From assembly GCA_963750165.1 (NCBI GenBank), contig CAVVPN010000001.1, positions 192,001 through 256,000 of the forward strand: 64,000 nt of DNA, in the 5' to 3' direction. The notes beneath the pieces were generated by a model, which did not search any database, was not told the origin of the DNA, and saw only the letters and a list, made by a program, of their open reading frames with translations. Origin of the DNA: an uncultured Gemmataceae bacterium (GTDB lineage: Bacteria > Planctomycetota > Planctomycetia > Gemmatales > Gemmataceae). The position numbers and the translations under genes were made by a program. Shown here one piece after another: positions 43,201 through 54,387 of the stretch (position 1 is its first letter; every line of letters starts with the position of its first letter).

Positions 43201-46124
43201 ATGGCCCTGAACATGAAGACGCCGACGATCTACGACACCGTCACCCGCGGCGACCGCGAGGAGCGCGTGCTCAACCGGGAGGCCACACTGGCCGCCCGAG
43301 AGAAGCAAAAGCAAATCAAGGAGCGCTTTCGCGCCTGGCTGTTCGCCGACCCCGAGCGCACGGAGCGCCTCGTGCGGCTATACAACGACGCCTTCAACGC
43401 GTTACGCCCACGGCTGTTCGACGGCGCGCACCTCGACTTCCCCGCCATGAACCAGACCATCCAACTCAGGCCCCACCAGAAGGACGCCGTCTGGCGCGGC
43501 ATGAGTTCCGGCAACATGCTGCTCGCCCACGCCGTCGGCGCCGGCAAGACCTTCACAATGGCCGCCACCAGCATGAAGATGAAGCAGGCCGGCCTAATCG
43601 CCAAGCCGATGTACGTCGTGCCCAACCACCTGTTGGAGCAGTTTGCCCGCGAGTTTATGCAGCTCTATCCGAACGCCCGGCTGCTCGTCGCCACCAAGGA
43701 GGACCTGACGCGCCAGCGCCGCAAGCACCTGACCGCCAAGATCGCCAGCGGCGAGTGGGACGGCATCATCATCACGCACAGTTCGTTCGAGCGAATCGGC
43801 ATGTCCCGCGCTTACCAGGAGAAATTCCTGGGCGAGCAGATCGAGGAATACAACCAGTTGCTCACCTGCGGCGCCAGCAGAGATGCGACCAGGAACCACC
43901 GCAACCTCATCAAGACCATCGAGAAGCAGAAGGCGGCGCGTGAGGAGAAGCTGAAAGACCTGCTGGCCGAGGACAAGAAAGACGACGGACTGGTCTTTGA
44001 CGAGCTGGGCGCCGATTACCTGTTCATCGACGAGGCCCAGTATTACAAGAACCTGGAGACGCCAACCAAGATGGAGCGCGTCGCGGGTATCCAGACCGGC
44101 GGCAGCGAACGCGCCTTCGACCTGTACATGAAGGCCCGCTACCTGCATCAGCAACACCCCGGCCATGGCGTCACGTTTGCCACCGGCACGCCCATCAGCA
44201 ACACCATGTGTGAGATGTACACGCTGCAGCGCTTCCTCGACCCCGAGGGGCTCAAGAGCCGTGGGATCGAGCATTTTGACGGCTGGGCGGCCACGTTCGG
44301 CGAGGTCGTGGACACCATGGAAATCTCCCCGGACGGCAAGACCCTGAAGCCACGCAGCCGCTTCGCCAGGTTCGTGAACCTGCCGGAGCTGCAGATGATG
44401 TTCCGCGCCTTCGCCGACGTGCAGACGGCCGAGATGCTCGACCTGCCAAGGCCCCGGCTGGAAACCGGCAAGGCCCTCGTCGTTGCCTGCCCGATGTCGG
44501 AGGAGCAGGGCGCCCTCCAGCAGGAGCTGGTGGCCCGCTACGAACGGCTGCGGACGCAGAAGGTGGACCCGCGGGAAGATAACGCCCTGGCCATCACGAC
44601 CGACGGCCGCAAGCTCGCCCTCGACGCCCGGATGCTTGCCGGCGATGCGCCGGATTTCCCCGGCTCGAAGGTCAACGCGCTGGTCGAGAACGTCACGGCC
44701 GTGTGGGAGCGAACCGCGGCGACACGCGCGACACAGATGGTCTTCTGCGATATGGGCGTCCACCCGACGCCCTGGGGCTACTCGGCCTACGAGGAGATCC
44801 TCCGTAAACTGACCGCCCGAGGCATCCCCCGGCGCAGGTCGCCGCCATCGGCGACGCCGACAGCGACGCCAAGAAACGAGCCCTCTTCGACAAGGTCCGC
44901 AGCGGCCAGGTCCGGGTGCTGCTGGGCAGCACGCAGAAGATGGGCACCGGCACCAACGTCCAGAAACGCCTGGCGGCGCTGCACCACCTCGACGCCCCCT
45001 GGAAGCCGGCCGAGGTCGAACAGCGCGAGGGCCGCATCCTCCGCCAGGGCAACGACAACGAGGAAGTGGCGGTCTATCGTTACGTAACTACCGGTTCCTT
45101 TGACAGTTACATGTGGCAGGCGCTCGAAACCAAGGCCCGGTTTATCGCGCAGCTCATGGCCGGCGACAACGCCGTCCGCCGTGCCGAGGATGTCGGCGGC
45201 CAGGAACTCTCCTACGCGGAGGTGAAAGCGATCGCCTCGGGCAACCCGGCGGTACTGACCCTCGCCGAGGCCGACGCCGAGTTGCAGCGACTGTCGATCC
45301 TCAAGAGGAATCACGCCGACGAGCAGTACCTCGCCCGCCGCAGCGTGCGCGATCTGCCCGCGACCATCGGCGTGCTGTCGGAACGTCTGGCTGGCCTCAT
45401 GGCCGACCTGGTCACTGCCACGGCTCATGCCGCCGACCCCATCATCATCGGCAGGCGTCCTTGCTCCCGCGAGGACGCGACGGCCGTCCTCGGCGAGTGC
45501 CTGGAGTCGATCCCGGAGTGGGTCCACGAGACGCGGCGCATCTCCCTGGGCGTGTATCGCGGCCTGCGCTTCGGCCTCGTGCTTCATCCGCAATTTCCCC
45601 CCGACGTGTATCTCGAGGGGGCAACAACGCGCCAGTCCATGCTCTCACGGGAACACCACGGACCGCGGGCCATTCTGAATGCTGCGGAGCGCCTGGCCAA
45701 TGCCTACGGCTCTGAATGCGCCCGCGTTCGGCAAGACCTGGCCATCGCGGAAGCCCAACTGCGCGACTACCAGGCGCGCCTCGGCACGCCCTTTCTCCAC
45801 GAGTCCTACCTGTCCCAGCTGACGGCCCTACGTGACCAGCTCAAGACCGGCCTTTCCGGTGCGCCTCCGGAACCTGGTGCCGAAGCGGTACCAAGGATTT
45901 CCGAACTCGCCGAGCAGATCAATGCGCTTAAGGCGGCGCACACCATCGAGACGACGACCCAACGCGTCGGCAAACACCGTTCCTCCGCGGAGGAGCCCGT
46001 CACTGCGCGAATCCGCCGCCGATCGGAAGCGCTTCCCTCCCCTGATCCAGCGACGGAGTTCGACGACGACGCATCGAGAGTAGAGGCATCTCTCGTCCTT
46101 CGCCTTGCCCGCGACGGCCCATGA
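40265..46124 (+). CDS. DarB-like N6-adenine methyltransferase-SNF2 helicase, frameshift at ~44830; true start uncertain (possibly after 40960)
   Basis: AFYT, LEPGCGAG and IGNPPF (MTase); HAVGAGKT, IDEAQ, ATGTPISN, GTNVQ and QREGR (SF2 helicase). Confidence 0.9.
40643..40960 (+). CDS. Helical hypothetical protein overlapping the helicase ORF in another frame
   Basis: MQYKTMVLELLQQ...ESEALEIAL; more protein-like than the Pro/Arg-rich helicase-frame translation here. Confidence 0.65.
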   Translation: MQYKTMVLELLQQHSEIHEQLRSQRMLLPTLELLARQLKNSHEAWKGRLSLAKPGSDRSQTESEALEIALKELEDCLTSRSPSGEDGPLSLDAAMAFIRGHLPPA

Positions 46125-46803
46125 GCCTAGCAGAGCAAGGGATCCACCTGGTCAGCACCGACGAGAAGACGGGCATGCAGGCGCTGGAGCGATTGCACCC
46201 CGACCTGCCGCCGGGCCCGGGGCGCGTGCAGCGCCGGGAGCACGAGTACCAGCGGCACGGGACGCTGTGCCTGACGGCCAACCTGGAGATCTGGTGCGGT
46301 TGGGTGATCGCGCCGACGCTGGGGCCGACGCGCACGGAGGCCGACTTCCTGGCCCACGTGCAGCAGACGGTGGCCACCGACCCTTTGGCGGGCTGGGTGT
46401 TCATCGTGGACAACCTGAACACGCACCAGTCGGAGAGCCTGGTGGTGTGGGTGGCCCAGGTCTGCAGCGTCCCGGGCGAACTGGGGGTCAAGGGCAAGCA
46501 GGGGGTGCTGAAGTCGCAAGCGAGCCGTGCGGCCTTCCTGTCGGACCAGGGCCACCGCATCCGCTTTGTGTACACGCCCAAGCACACCTCGTGGCTCAAC
46601 CAGGTGGAGATTTGGTTCAGCATCCTGGTGCGGAAATTGCTCCGCCGCGCCAGCTTCACGTCGGTGGACGATCTCAAGGCCCGGGTCTTGGCGTTCATTG
46701 ACTACTTCAACCAAACGATGGCCAAACCCATCCGCCGGCTTTACTCGGCGGTGCCGAAACCACCGGACGGAACCGGTTAGAGATTTCTGCCGCCGTGTAC
46801 TAG
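46121..46803 (+). mobile_element. IS630-family remnant (DDE half plus right end)
   Basis: STDEKTGMQA, EYQRHGT, DNLNTH and TPKHTSWLNQVEIWF motifs; ends GTGTACTAG; N-terminal HTH absent. Confidence 0.85.
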
Positions 46804-46826
46804 TTGGTGGAAATCCGGCTGCCCGG

Positions 46827-47345
46827 TCACTGCCGCACTTCCGCCGTGTCCAACAAGCGGCGCATGGTCTGCACCGCTTTCAACGTCCGGCCTGTCCGCT
46901 CAGCCACTTCCTCTTCAGGCAGCGTTTCCAGCCACAGCAATTCTTCGTCGGTCCAAATCCTGACCTTCCGAGGCGAGTGTTTCCGGCGACCGTTCAAGTT
47001 CGTGAGGGCCGCATCGTGGATGATCCGCCGGCTGCCTTCGGCATCCATGCGCTTGACCCCCAGGCCAGCCCGCCACTTGATGACGGTCCCATAACAGGTA
47101 CCCCACCAATGGGCAACAGCAAGCGCCGACTCATGATGAATCGCACGAGCCAACTCATCCTCGACCAGGAAGCCTTTGCCGGCGGCCCGCGTTCCAGCGA
47201 AGTAGCAGAGGGGCCAGGGGATAGGGCCTATCGACCAGTCGTATACCGTCACTTCACGGTTTCGGAACAGGCACCATGCGCGGTCCCGCACCTTCACGGC
47301 CGGGGGTTTGTACGGGCCGAACAGGAGTGCCGTTTTGTCGTCCAT
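46827..47345 (-). CDS. Hypothetical protein with C-terminal HTH-like motif
   Basis: LLFGPYKPP...WTDEEL...EVAERTGRTLKAV. Confidence 0.6.
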   Translation of the reverse strand: MDDKTALLFGPYKPPAVKVRDRAWCLFRNREVTVYDWSIGPIPWPLCYFAGTRAAGKGFLVEDELARAIHHESALAVAHWWGTCYGTVIKWRAGLGVKRMDAEGSRRIIHDAALTNLNGRRKHSPRKVRIWTDEELLWLETLPEEEVAERTGRTLKAVQTMRRLLDTAEVRQ

Positions 47346-47452
47346 GCGGAGATTATCGCGCGCGGGCGGTGCGGCAGCAAGGGTCTGACCGCCCGGGACG
47401 GATTCCGGAGCCAAGCCAGAACGCAATACTGCCGAACCAGTTCCCAGCGAGA

Positions 47453-47830
47453 TTATTCCGAGCAGCGAAGTTCTGAGCAGAGGTGCTTCAACGCCTGAAC
47501 TGCCTGCTCGACCTCCGGAATCCAGGCTTCTTTCGCCACAACAATTCGCCGGTGCAAATCCCGAAGGTGGGGGACGGCTTCGAGCCTGATCTCGATGGGG
47601 CAGTCGGAGAGCGGAAGAAAGTCTTGGACGTTGTCACCATCGAGATAGGCATGGCAGAGCCGCCACTTGCCCTGGCACTCGACAAAGCCAATCATGTCTG
47701 GCACGTTCGACCGGCCGACGTATCGCCCGTGCTCATCCTGTTCGGGGCCATAGGATACCCAGAAAGCGTGAGAACCACTGCCCGCGAAAGAGGGCCCGGC
47801 ATAATCGATTTGCAAAATTTCGCAGGGCAC
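47453..47830 (-). CDS. Hypothetical protein, probably 5'-truncated
   Basis: Protein-like ORF whose start overlaps the integrase remnant on the opposite strand. Confidence 0.45.
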   Translation of the reverse strand: MPCEILQIDYAGPSFAGSGSHAFWVSYGPEQDEHGRYVGRSNVPDMIGFVECQGKWRLCHAYLDGDNVQDFLPLSDCPIEIRLEAVPHLRDLHRRIVVAKEAWIPEVEQAVQALKHLCSELRCSE

Positions 47831-47911
47831 TCCGACCCAAGAACAACCCTGACCTACATCAGGAACCGGGGCCGGCCCAGCAGGTCACCTGCCTACGTTC
47901 TCAAGTATTGA
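47801..47911 (+). pseudogene. C-terminal remnant of a tyrosine recombinase
   Basis: LQNFAGHSDPRTTLTY box II motif with the catalytic Tyr. Confidence 0.7.
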
Positions 47912-47929
47912 CCGGCCCGCCGCGCCCTA

Positions 47930-48454
47930 TTACCGCCCCTTACCCTGTTCCTCCGCCCGGTCGATCATAGCGAAAAGCGGTGTTTCTTCGGCATAGCGCT
48001 GCTCGGCGCGCTCGGCCTTGTTCCGCTCCCGAACCACCCGAGCCGCGGCCAGAGCCTCGGCGCTTTTTGGTTCATACCGCTCCAACGCTGACCAGACCAG
48101 ACTGTATCGAGGGGCCGGGACCAGCGTCCCCTTGATCTCCAGCAGCCGCGTCGGATGCTGTTCGTGGAGCAGATCGCCAAACATTTCTTCCTCGTTCTTG
48201 CCCTGTTTAACCGTGCCGTCAGGCATCTTGCGGAGGTAGACCGAATTTTCAGTCAGCCGATCTTCCCCACGGTAGACTTTGTACGCTGTGGCGACGGGCT
48301 CCGCTTTCACGGTCCTGTGGTAGTCGCTGTCGATCAGGGATAACTTCATCCACGGTGTCCAACCGCCGCCGAGGGTGCCCAAAGCCAGGATGAACGCTTT
48401 GTCGAATTCCGCGTTCTGCCGGTCGGCAACAGCTTGCCGCATCTCGGCGTTGTG
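47930..48454 (-). pseudogene. Hypothetical protein, 5' end cut by IS3 copy 3
   Basis: Frame stays open up to the IS3 boundary (HNAEMRQ...). Confidence 0.5.
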
Positions 48455-49702
48455 TGAACCTCCCCACGAATGGTGGACACCCAGTTAAGAGTGTAAACTC
48501 TCCTGAGGAGGTCCATCATGGCCAGAACCCGACGTACCTACACCCCGGAGTTCAAGCTCGAGGCCGTCAAGCTCGTCACTGAGCAGGGCTACTCCGTCGC
48601 CGAGGCCGCACGCTCCCTCGGCATCCACGAGACCCTGCTCCGCTCCTGGAAGCAGGCGCTGGAGGCCAAGGGCGGCCAGGCCTTCCCCGGCCAGGGCAAG
48701 CTCTCCCCCTTCGAGGAAGAGAACCGCCGCCTCCGGGCCGAGAACCAGCGGCTCCTGGCGGAGCGCGACATCCTAAAAAAAGCGACGGCGTTCTTCGCCA
48801 GGGAGGCGACATGACCTTCCGCTTCATCGAGGAACACCGCGGCCAGTGGCCCGTGCGCCTGCTCTGCGAAACCCTGGAGGTCTCGACCGCCGGCTACTAC
48901 GCCTGGCGCGACCGCCCCGCCAGCGACCGCGCCCGGCGCCGCGACACCCTCCTCGTGGAAATCCGCGCCATCCACGCCGAGGTCAAGGCCCGCTACGGCA
49001 GCCCGCGCATCCACGCCGAGCTGGTCGCCCGGGGCCAGGACTGCTGCGTCAACACCGTGGCCCGGCTCATGCACGACCACGACCTCCGGGCCAAGACGGC
49101 CCGCAAGTTCCGCTGCACGACCGACTCCAACCACGACCTGCCCGTGGCCGCGAACCTCCTGGATCGGCAGTTCAACCCCGCCGCGGCCAACGAGGCGTGG
49201 GTGGCGGACATCACCTACATCCCGACCCGGGAGGGTTGGCTGTACCTGGCTGTCGTCGAGGACCTGTACTCGCGGCGGGTGGTGGGCTGGTCGATGGCCG
49301 ACCACCTGGAGAGCCGGCTGGTCGTCGATGCCCTGGAGCTGGCGGTGCAGCGCCGGCTGCCGGGGGAGGGGTTGCTGGCCCACTCCGACCGGGGCAGCCA
49401 GTATGCCAGCGACCATTACCAACGCCTCCTGGGCAAGCACGGCATCACCTGCAGCATGAGCCGCCGGGCCGACTGCTGGGACAATGCCCCAATGGAGAGC
49501 TTCTTCGCCTCCTTGAAGAAGGAACTGGTGCACGACGCCGACTTCGCCACCCGGGCGGAGGCGCGGGCGGCGCTCGTCGAGTACATCGAGGTCTTCTACA
49601 ACACGCGGCGCCGGCACTCGTCGCTGGGGTACGTGTCCCCGGCCGAGTATGAACAGTCCGAATAACCGTTAACCCCGTGTCCACTTTTCGTGGGGAACTC
49701 CA
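48455..49702 (+). mobile_element. IS3-family element copy 3 (orfA 48518-48814, orfB 48811-49665)
   Basis: Near-identical to copy 2 (two silent substitutions seen); no TSD. Confidence 0.95.
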
Positions 49703-49833
49703 CAGCACTGTCGCATGGGGCGCATTCGAGCAAGCAAAAAGGGAAGCGGGCGAGGCCCGCACAAGTGCTGGGCCATCGCCCACGAAGAGTTGCTCCGCTA
49801 TCAGCGAGACGGTCTCTTGCCGCTCAAGCTCGC

Positions 49834-51165
49834 TTAACCGAACACGCCCTCAAGTGCTGCCCGCTGCACCGACGGGAACAAGTGCCGGTAGCGCTTCCGC
49901 TGCTCCTCTGTCGAGTGACCGACCCACTCGTCAATGAGTCGCTGGTCAATACCCTTGCTCGCACAGGCCGAGATGAACGAGTGACGCATCGCGTGGAGGC
50001 CCCGGATCTTGTCCCATTTCGTTCCGGCCAGGACGCGCTTGAAGTGGTCGTGGCACTCGTCTCGCGTCACCGCCGTGGTCGCCACACCACCGCGGCCCTT
50101 GACCGTCGCGAGCCGACCTTTAAGCGACGAGGGCCGCACATCTTCGTTCTGGTGACCTGTCGTCCGGCTCCGCTTCTTGCTTCGCATCACCTCGCCGTGC
50201 TGGCAGAACATGGCTCCGCCGCCGGGATGACCGGCCAGGTAGTCCTTTAGCACGGTCGCCAGAGCCGAAGTGAGCGGGACACGCCGCGTGGTCCGCTGCC
50301 CCCTGGTCCGCTTCTTCTCTCGGATCATGATCGTGTCGCCGGCGAAATCGACGTCGGTCACCTGGACCCGGAGGATCTCTGACCGCCGAGCGCCCGTATG
50401 GACGGCAAAGCAAAAGAGCGGATGTACCCAAGGATGGGTGGCCCGCTCTTTGACGAGCGCAAGCAGCTCCTGCAACTCGGCCGGTTGGAGGTAGAGCGCA
50501 TCCCACAGCTCGGCGATTTTTTTATCTGTGAGGCCGCCGGCCGCGATTCGCCTTACGATCTCCGCATAAGTCTGAAACGGTGGCTTCTCCTCGCCCTTGG
50601 GGTAGCGAAGTCCCTTGGAGGGAAACGCCCCCTTGGTGATCTTCATCGGCCCGCCCCAATTCCACGCGGCCCGGAATGTGGCGATCTCCTTCCGGAGTGT
50701 CACTGGCGAGAGACCGGCCGCCGCACGCTTATCGACGTGGCCCTGAAGGTCCGCGAGCGTGAGACGATCGAGAGGGTACTTGTCGCCCAGGCTTCGGCAG
50801 AAATGGTTCAGGTGCATCCTGGACGTGTCGAGCGAGTTCGCCTCGACCGTGCCGTTCGAGTGGGTGGTGATGTAACGGTCGCGAAGATTGCTGAGCGTAT
50901 TGGTCCGCACGATGGGCAGCGGAACGGCCGGGGTCTCGCCCTCGCCCCGAAGAGCCGCCAGCCGCTGCCGGACGAACGCCACGATGTCCGCGTCTTCGGG
51001 AACGTGGACCTCGCCGCGCTTCACCCGGTCCAGGATGCCGGTGACAATACCGGCGGTTTCTTCCGCATCTTCTTGGTTAACGTCACCGAGCGGGAAATTG
51101 CGTCGTTTCCCGTGCCAGTAGAACTGGCAATAGAAGTGATCTTCCTTCGTCCAAACCGACGCCAT
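49834..51165 (-). CDS. Tyrosine recombinase/integrase
   Basis: HTGARRSE, HAMRHSF and VGH...RY catalytic motifs; GAAAGGGG RBS. Confidence 0.93.
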   Translation of the reverse strand: MASVWTKEDHFYCQFYWHGKRRNFPLGDVNQEDAEETAGIVTGILDRVKRGEVHVPEDADIVAFVRQRLAALRGEGETPAVPLPIVRTNTLSNLRDRYITTHSNGTVEANSLDTSRMHLNHFCRSLGDKYPLDRLTLADLQGHVDKRAAAGLSPVTLRKEIATFRAAWNWGGPMKITKGAFPSKGLRYPKGEEKPPFQTYAEIVRRIAAGGLTDKKIAELWDALYLQPAELQELLALVKERATHPWVHPLFCFAVHTGARRSEILRVQVTDVDFAGDTIMIREKKRTRGQRTTRRVPLTSALATVLKDYLAGHPGGGAMFCQHGEVMRSKKRSRTTGHQNEDVRPSSLKGRLATVKGRGGVATTAVTRDECHDHFKRVLAGTKWDKIRGLHAMRHSFISACASKGIDQRLIDEWVGHSTEEQRKRYRHLFPSVQRAALEGVFG

Positions 51166-52054
51166 GACTTGCCCCCTTTCTGGGTGGGGCAACACGACTG
51201 CTATACGACTCCCGCAATCGCCAACCTTTAGCCAACCGCTATTATAGCGGGAGCAAGAAGAAGATGTTTCTGATTAGTCATAAATTGTGGTGGGGGTTGA
51301 GATAGCGTCTGCTTATTTGCTTGCGATTTTCGGTTGGCTGTCGCAAGCCCCTCAACCTGGCTTGAGTGCCAGGTTGCCACATCGTATTGACGTTGATGTG
51401 ATGCTGCAACTTGTTAAAGATCAGATGTTTACAGACGATTTCGCCATCGCCTGTATTATACTGGCGTAGTGGTCGCATTGCCAGTGTTTTTACCAAATTT
51501 TTACCATTTCTCTTTGCCGCTGGCGAAGCAGGTTTTGCTACTGATCGCCGTCCGCTGTGCCGTCGATCCGGTGGTTACAGGTTTGAGTTCCGTCATTATC
51601 AATTAACATAAATATTTACATATCAATGACTTTTGTTTTTTCAATTTAGGAATTGCACTGCATCCCAAGCTTTGGGGATAATTGGCGGGTGGCGTTGAGA
51701 CCGTATTGGGGCCGGTGTCTGGACTGGACAATATTCTTTCTGGGCATTTGAACATTCTGGCAGCCCGGTCAGCCTCGCTTAGGGATATTTGAGGATAAAA
51801 AGTCACCTCTTGGCTACCGACTCCGCGCCGTCCCACCATTCTTCGATGCCACTTGCTCGGCCGGCTTCTCCGCGAAGAAATCTGTCTTCTTCGGTCGCTT
51901 TTTCGGCGTGCCGACCGCGTTGCGCCGGAAGCCCCCTCTCTTGCGGTCGGCTTCCGTCTCGTCCAAGCATCCATGTGACTTTCGCCTTCTACCCACTCGA
52001 CCGAGACGAGAAAATTGCGCCCATATGACACAATTTCCTGCCAAAATTAGAATT

Positions 52055-52120
52055 TTTTTCGCGAAAAACGAGTTCGAGGCGACCCCAGCCGTATAATATA
52101 CTGGAAGAGTGTATACGGCT
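52055..52120 (+). promoter_or_regulatory. Putative CBASS promoter/operator
   Basis: Palindrome TTTTTCGCGAAAAA (52055-52068); TATAAT at 52092 inside IR AGCCGTATA-N16-TATACGGCT. Confidence 0.45.
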
Positions 52121-52206
52121 CTTTGTGGTTGAAAATGCGCATTCCGGCGCAAAACATTCACCTTTTCGGAGCCACTCAACCACTCTCGGTCTTTTCGGGA
52201 GGTTCT

Positions 52207-53292
52207 ATGGGCGAGGAGCGGCCGTTCCGGGTCTTGAGCCTCGACGGAGGGGGGATGCGCGGCACCTACACCGCCACTTACCTTGACCGATTAGCCTCTG
52301 ATTTCGCAAAACGCCGTGGGGTCAAGGCGATCGACCTGGGCGCCGCGTTCGACCTCATTGTCGGGACCAGCACAGGCGGAATCATCGCCTGCGCACTTGC
52401 CGCCGGCGTCCCCCTTCCCGACGTCGTGCATTTTTACCGCAAGCACGGACCGTCCATCTTTCGACTAAAGCTCCCTACCGGCCTTTTTGGGGTCATTTGG
52501 CAAAGGTGGAGGCGCCCAAAAGCGCTTGCTGCAGGTGCAACGGCAATGCGAGAGGCATTGAAGGAATGTCTTGGTGACGTGACCGTGGGGCAGATCTACC
52601 AGAAGCGAAAGATTGCACTCGCCATCACGTCAGTCGAGATGAGCCAGCACCATAGTTGGGTGTTCAAAACGCAGCACCTCCCGACCTCCAACGGGCGTGA
52701 CAACGACTACAGTCTGGTCGATGTTTGCTTGGCGACGAGCGCGGCCCCAATTTACCGTTCGATGGCGGCCGTTGACAGGCCCGGTGGGGGCGGATTCAAC
52801 GTTTTCGTCGATGGAGGGCTGTGGGCGAACAACCCAGTCCTCGTCGGGCTCATCGACGCCCTTGAAATGACCTCACCGGGTAGGAAGATCGAAATCTATT
52901 GCATCGGCACTTGCCCGCTTCCAGCCGGGGAGCAAATCGGTCGTAACGACGTCCACCGGGGGCTCGGCGGTTGGCAATTCGGCGGCGCCGCGGCAGGCGT
53001 TTCGATTTCCGCACAGGAGTTCGCATACGACAACATGGCGCGCATGCTCTCGAAGCACCTGAACAGGCCCTGCGACATCCTGCGCTTCCCCCGCGACAAA
53101 ACGCCCGCCGCCCTGATGCCGTACCTCGGATTGGACAACACAACTGAGAAGGCGGCCGACGCCCTCGTCGGCCAAGCACAAATCGACGCCGACATGACCA
53201 ACAGCCGCCTCTGGAAGACCGAATCTCTGGAAGGGCGTCTCATCACCGAACTGTTTTCGGCGGCACCCCCGCGAGCGGACGCGCCTGCCTGA
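52207..53292 (+). CDS. capV: CBASS patatin-like phospholipase effector
   Basis: DGGGMRG, GTSTG and DGGLWANNP motifs; directly upstream of the CD-NTase. Confidence 0.92.
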   Translation: MGEERPFRVLSLDGGGMRGTYTATYLDRLASDFAKRRGVKAIDLGAAFDLIVGTSTGGIIACALAAGVPLPDVVHFYRKHGPSIFRLKLPTGLFGVIWQRWRRPKALAAGATAMREALKECLGDVTVGQIYQKRKIALAITSVEMSQHHSWVFKTQHLPTSNGRDNDYSLVDVCLATSAAPIYRSMAAVDRPGGGGFNVFVDGGLWANNPVLVGLIDALEMTSPGRKIEIYCIGTCPLPAGEQIGRNDVHRGLGGWQFGGAAAGVSISAQEFAYDNMARMLSKHLNRPCDILRFPRDKTPAALMPYLGLDNTTEKAADALVGQAQIDADMTNSRLWKTESLEGRLITELFSAAPPRADAPA

Positions 53293-53316
53293 ATATGCCA
53301 CTTTACTGAGGTTAAT

Positions 53317-54387
53317 ATGATCGATTGTTCCGGCGACGTGCTGGCCTACCACGACAATGAAATCACGCTCGGGAAGGCTGAGCAGGACAACATGAGGGAG
53401 CGGCGGAACGCAAACCGGACCCGCCTGAAAAAAGGGCTGGAGAAGGCGAAAAAGCCCGCCCCTGTACTCTTCAAGAGCCAGGGGTCTTACGCGATGAAGA
53501 CCATGACGCAGCACGACGACAACAAGTACGACATCGACGACGGCGTGTACTTTCTCAAGGAGGATCTCGTCGGCCCTCGTGGTGCCGACATGTCTGCGTT
53601 AGAGGCGAGGCAGATGGTCCGTGATGCCGTGGACGATGGCAGCTTCAAGACGCCCCCTGAGGTCAAGAAGAACTGCGTCCGGGTCCACTACGAGGAAGGC
53701 TATCACGTCGATCTGCCGGTCTACCGCCTGGTCACCACTAAAAACAACTTCGGCCAGGAGGAGCAGCACGCAGATCTGGCAAGTTCCGAATGGAAGCGAT
53801 CCGACGCTCGGGACGTCACCGCCTGGTTCAGTAGCGAGAACAAGCGTCAGAGCCCAGACACCACTAACGGGCGCCAACTCCGGCGAGTGACTCGCGAGAT
53901 CAAAAAGTATGCACGAAGTCGGCCGAGTTGGGAGCCGCAGATCCTGAGCGGCTTTGGCATCACCAAACTTGTGACTGAGTGCTACAGGAAGGATACCGAC
54001 CGCGAGGATAGGGCACTTTACGAAACCATGAAGGCTATTCGGGACCGGCTGACGTGGAACCTCGTCGTGTTGCATCCAGTCACCCGGGGAGACACGATTA
54101 CAAAAGGAGACGACGACCCCAAGGCTCGGTTCCTCCGCGACAGGCTTACCGATGCCCTGGACTGGCTTGCCCCCACCCTCAAGCACGATTGTACCCGAAA
54201 AGAGGCCCTCAAGTGCTGGGATAAGGTGTTCAGCACCACTTTCTTCAGTGACCGCTACAAGGAGGACGACGGTGACGGCGGTGGCGGGCCAAAGGGAGGC
54301 GGTTCCGGTGCCCTCTCGGCCGGCCTTTTCGGCCAGGGCAGTTCACCTCCGCCGGTGCGCAAGGAGGGTGGCGGGCGGTATGCCTGA
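53317..54387 (+). CDS. CBASS cGAS/DncV-like nucleotidyltransferase (CD-NTase)
   Basis: QGSYAMKT...DIDDG...CVRVHY...HVDLPVY; Gly-rich tail ending GGGRYA. Confidence 0.92.
   Translation: MIDCSGDVLAYHDNEITLGKAEQDNMRERRNANRTRLKKGLEKAKKPAPVLFKSQGSYAMKTMTQHDDNKYDIDDGVYFLKEDLVGPRGADMSALEARQMVRDAVDDGSFKTPPEVKKNCVRVHYEEGYHVDLPVYRLVTTKNNFGQEEQHADLASSEWKRSDARDVTAWFSSENKRQSPDTTNGRQLRRVTREIKKYARSRPSWEPQILSGFGITKLVTECYRKDTDREDRALYETMKAIRDRLTWNLVVLHPVTRGDTITKGDDDPKARFLRDRLTDALDWLAPTLKHDCTRKEALKCWDKVFSTTFFSDRYKEDDGDGGGGPKGGGSGALSAGLFGQGSSPPPVRKEGGGRYA

Noticed and set aside
40966..44763. Long antisense ORFs here and opposite other genes (e.g. 12102-13340, 25083-26111)
   Set aside because: Shadow ORFs expected from high-GC codon bias; no motifs
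51270..51360. tRNA/tmRNA-derived att site near the integrase
   Set aside because: Only a CCCCCACCA-like string on the minus strand; no T-loop or cloverleaf, and no second copy found
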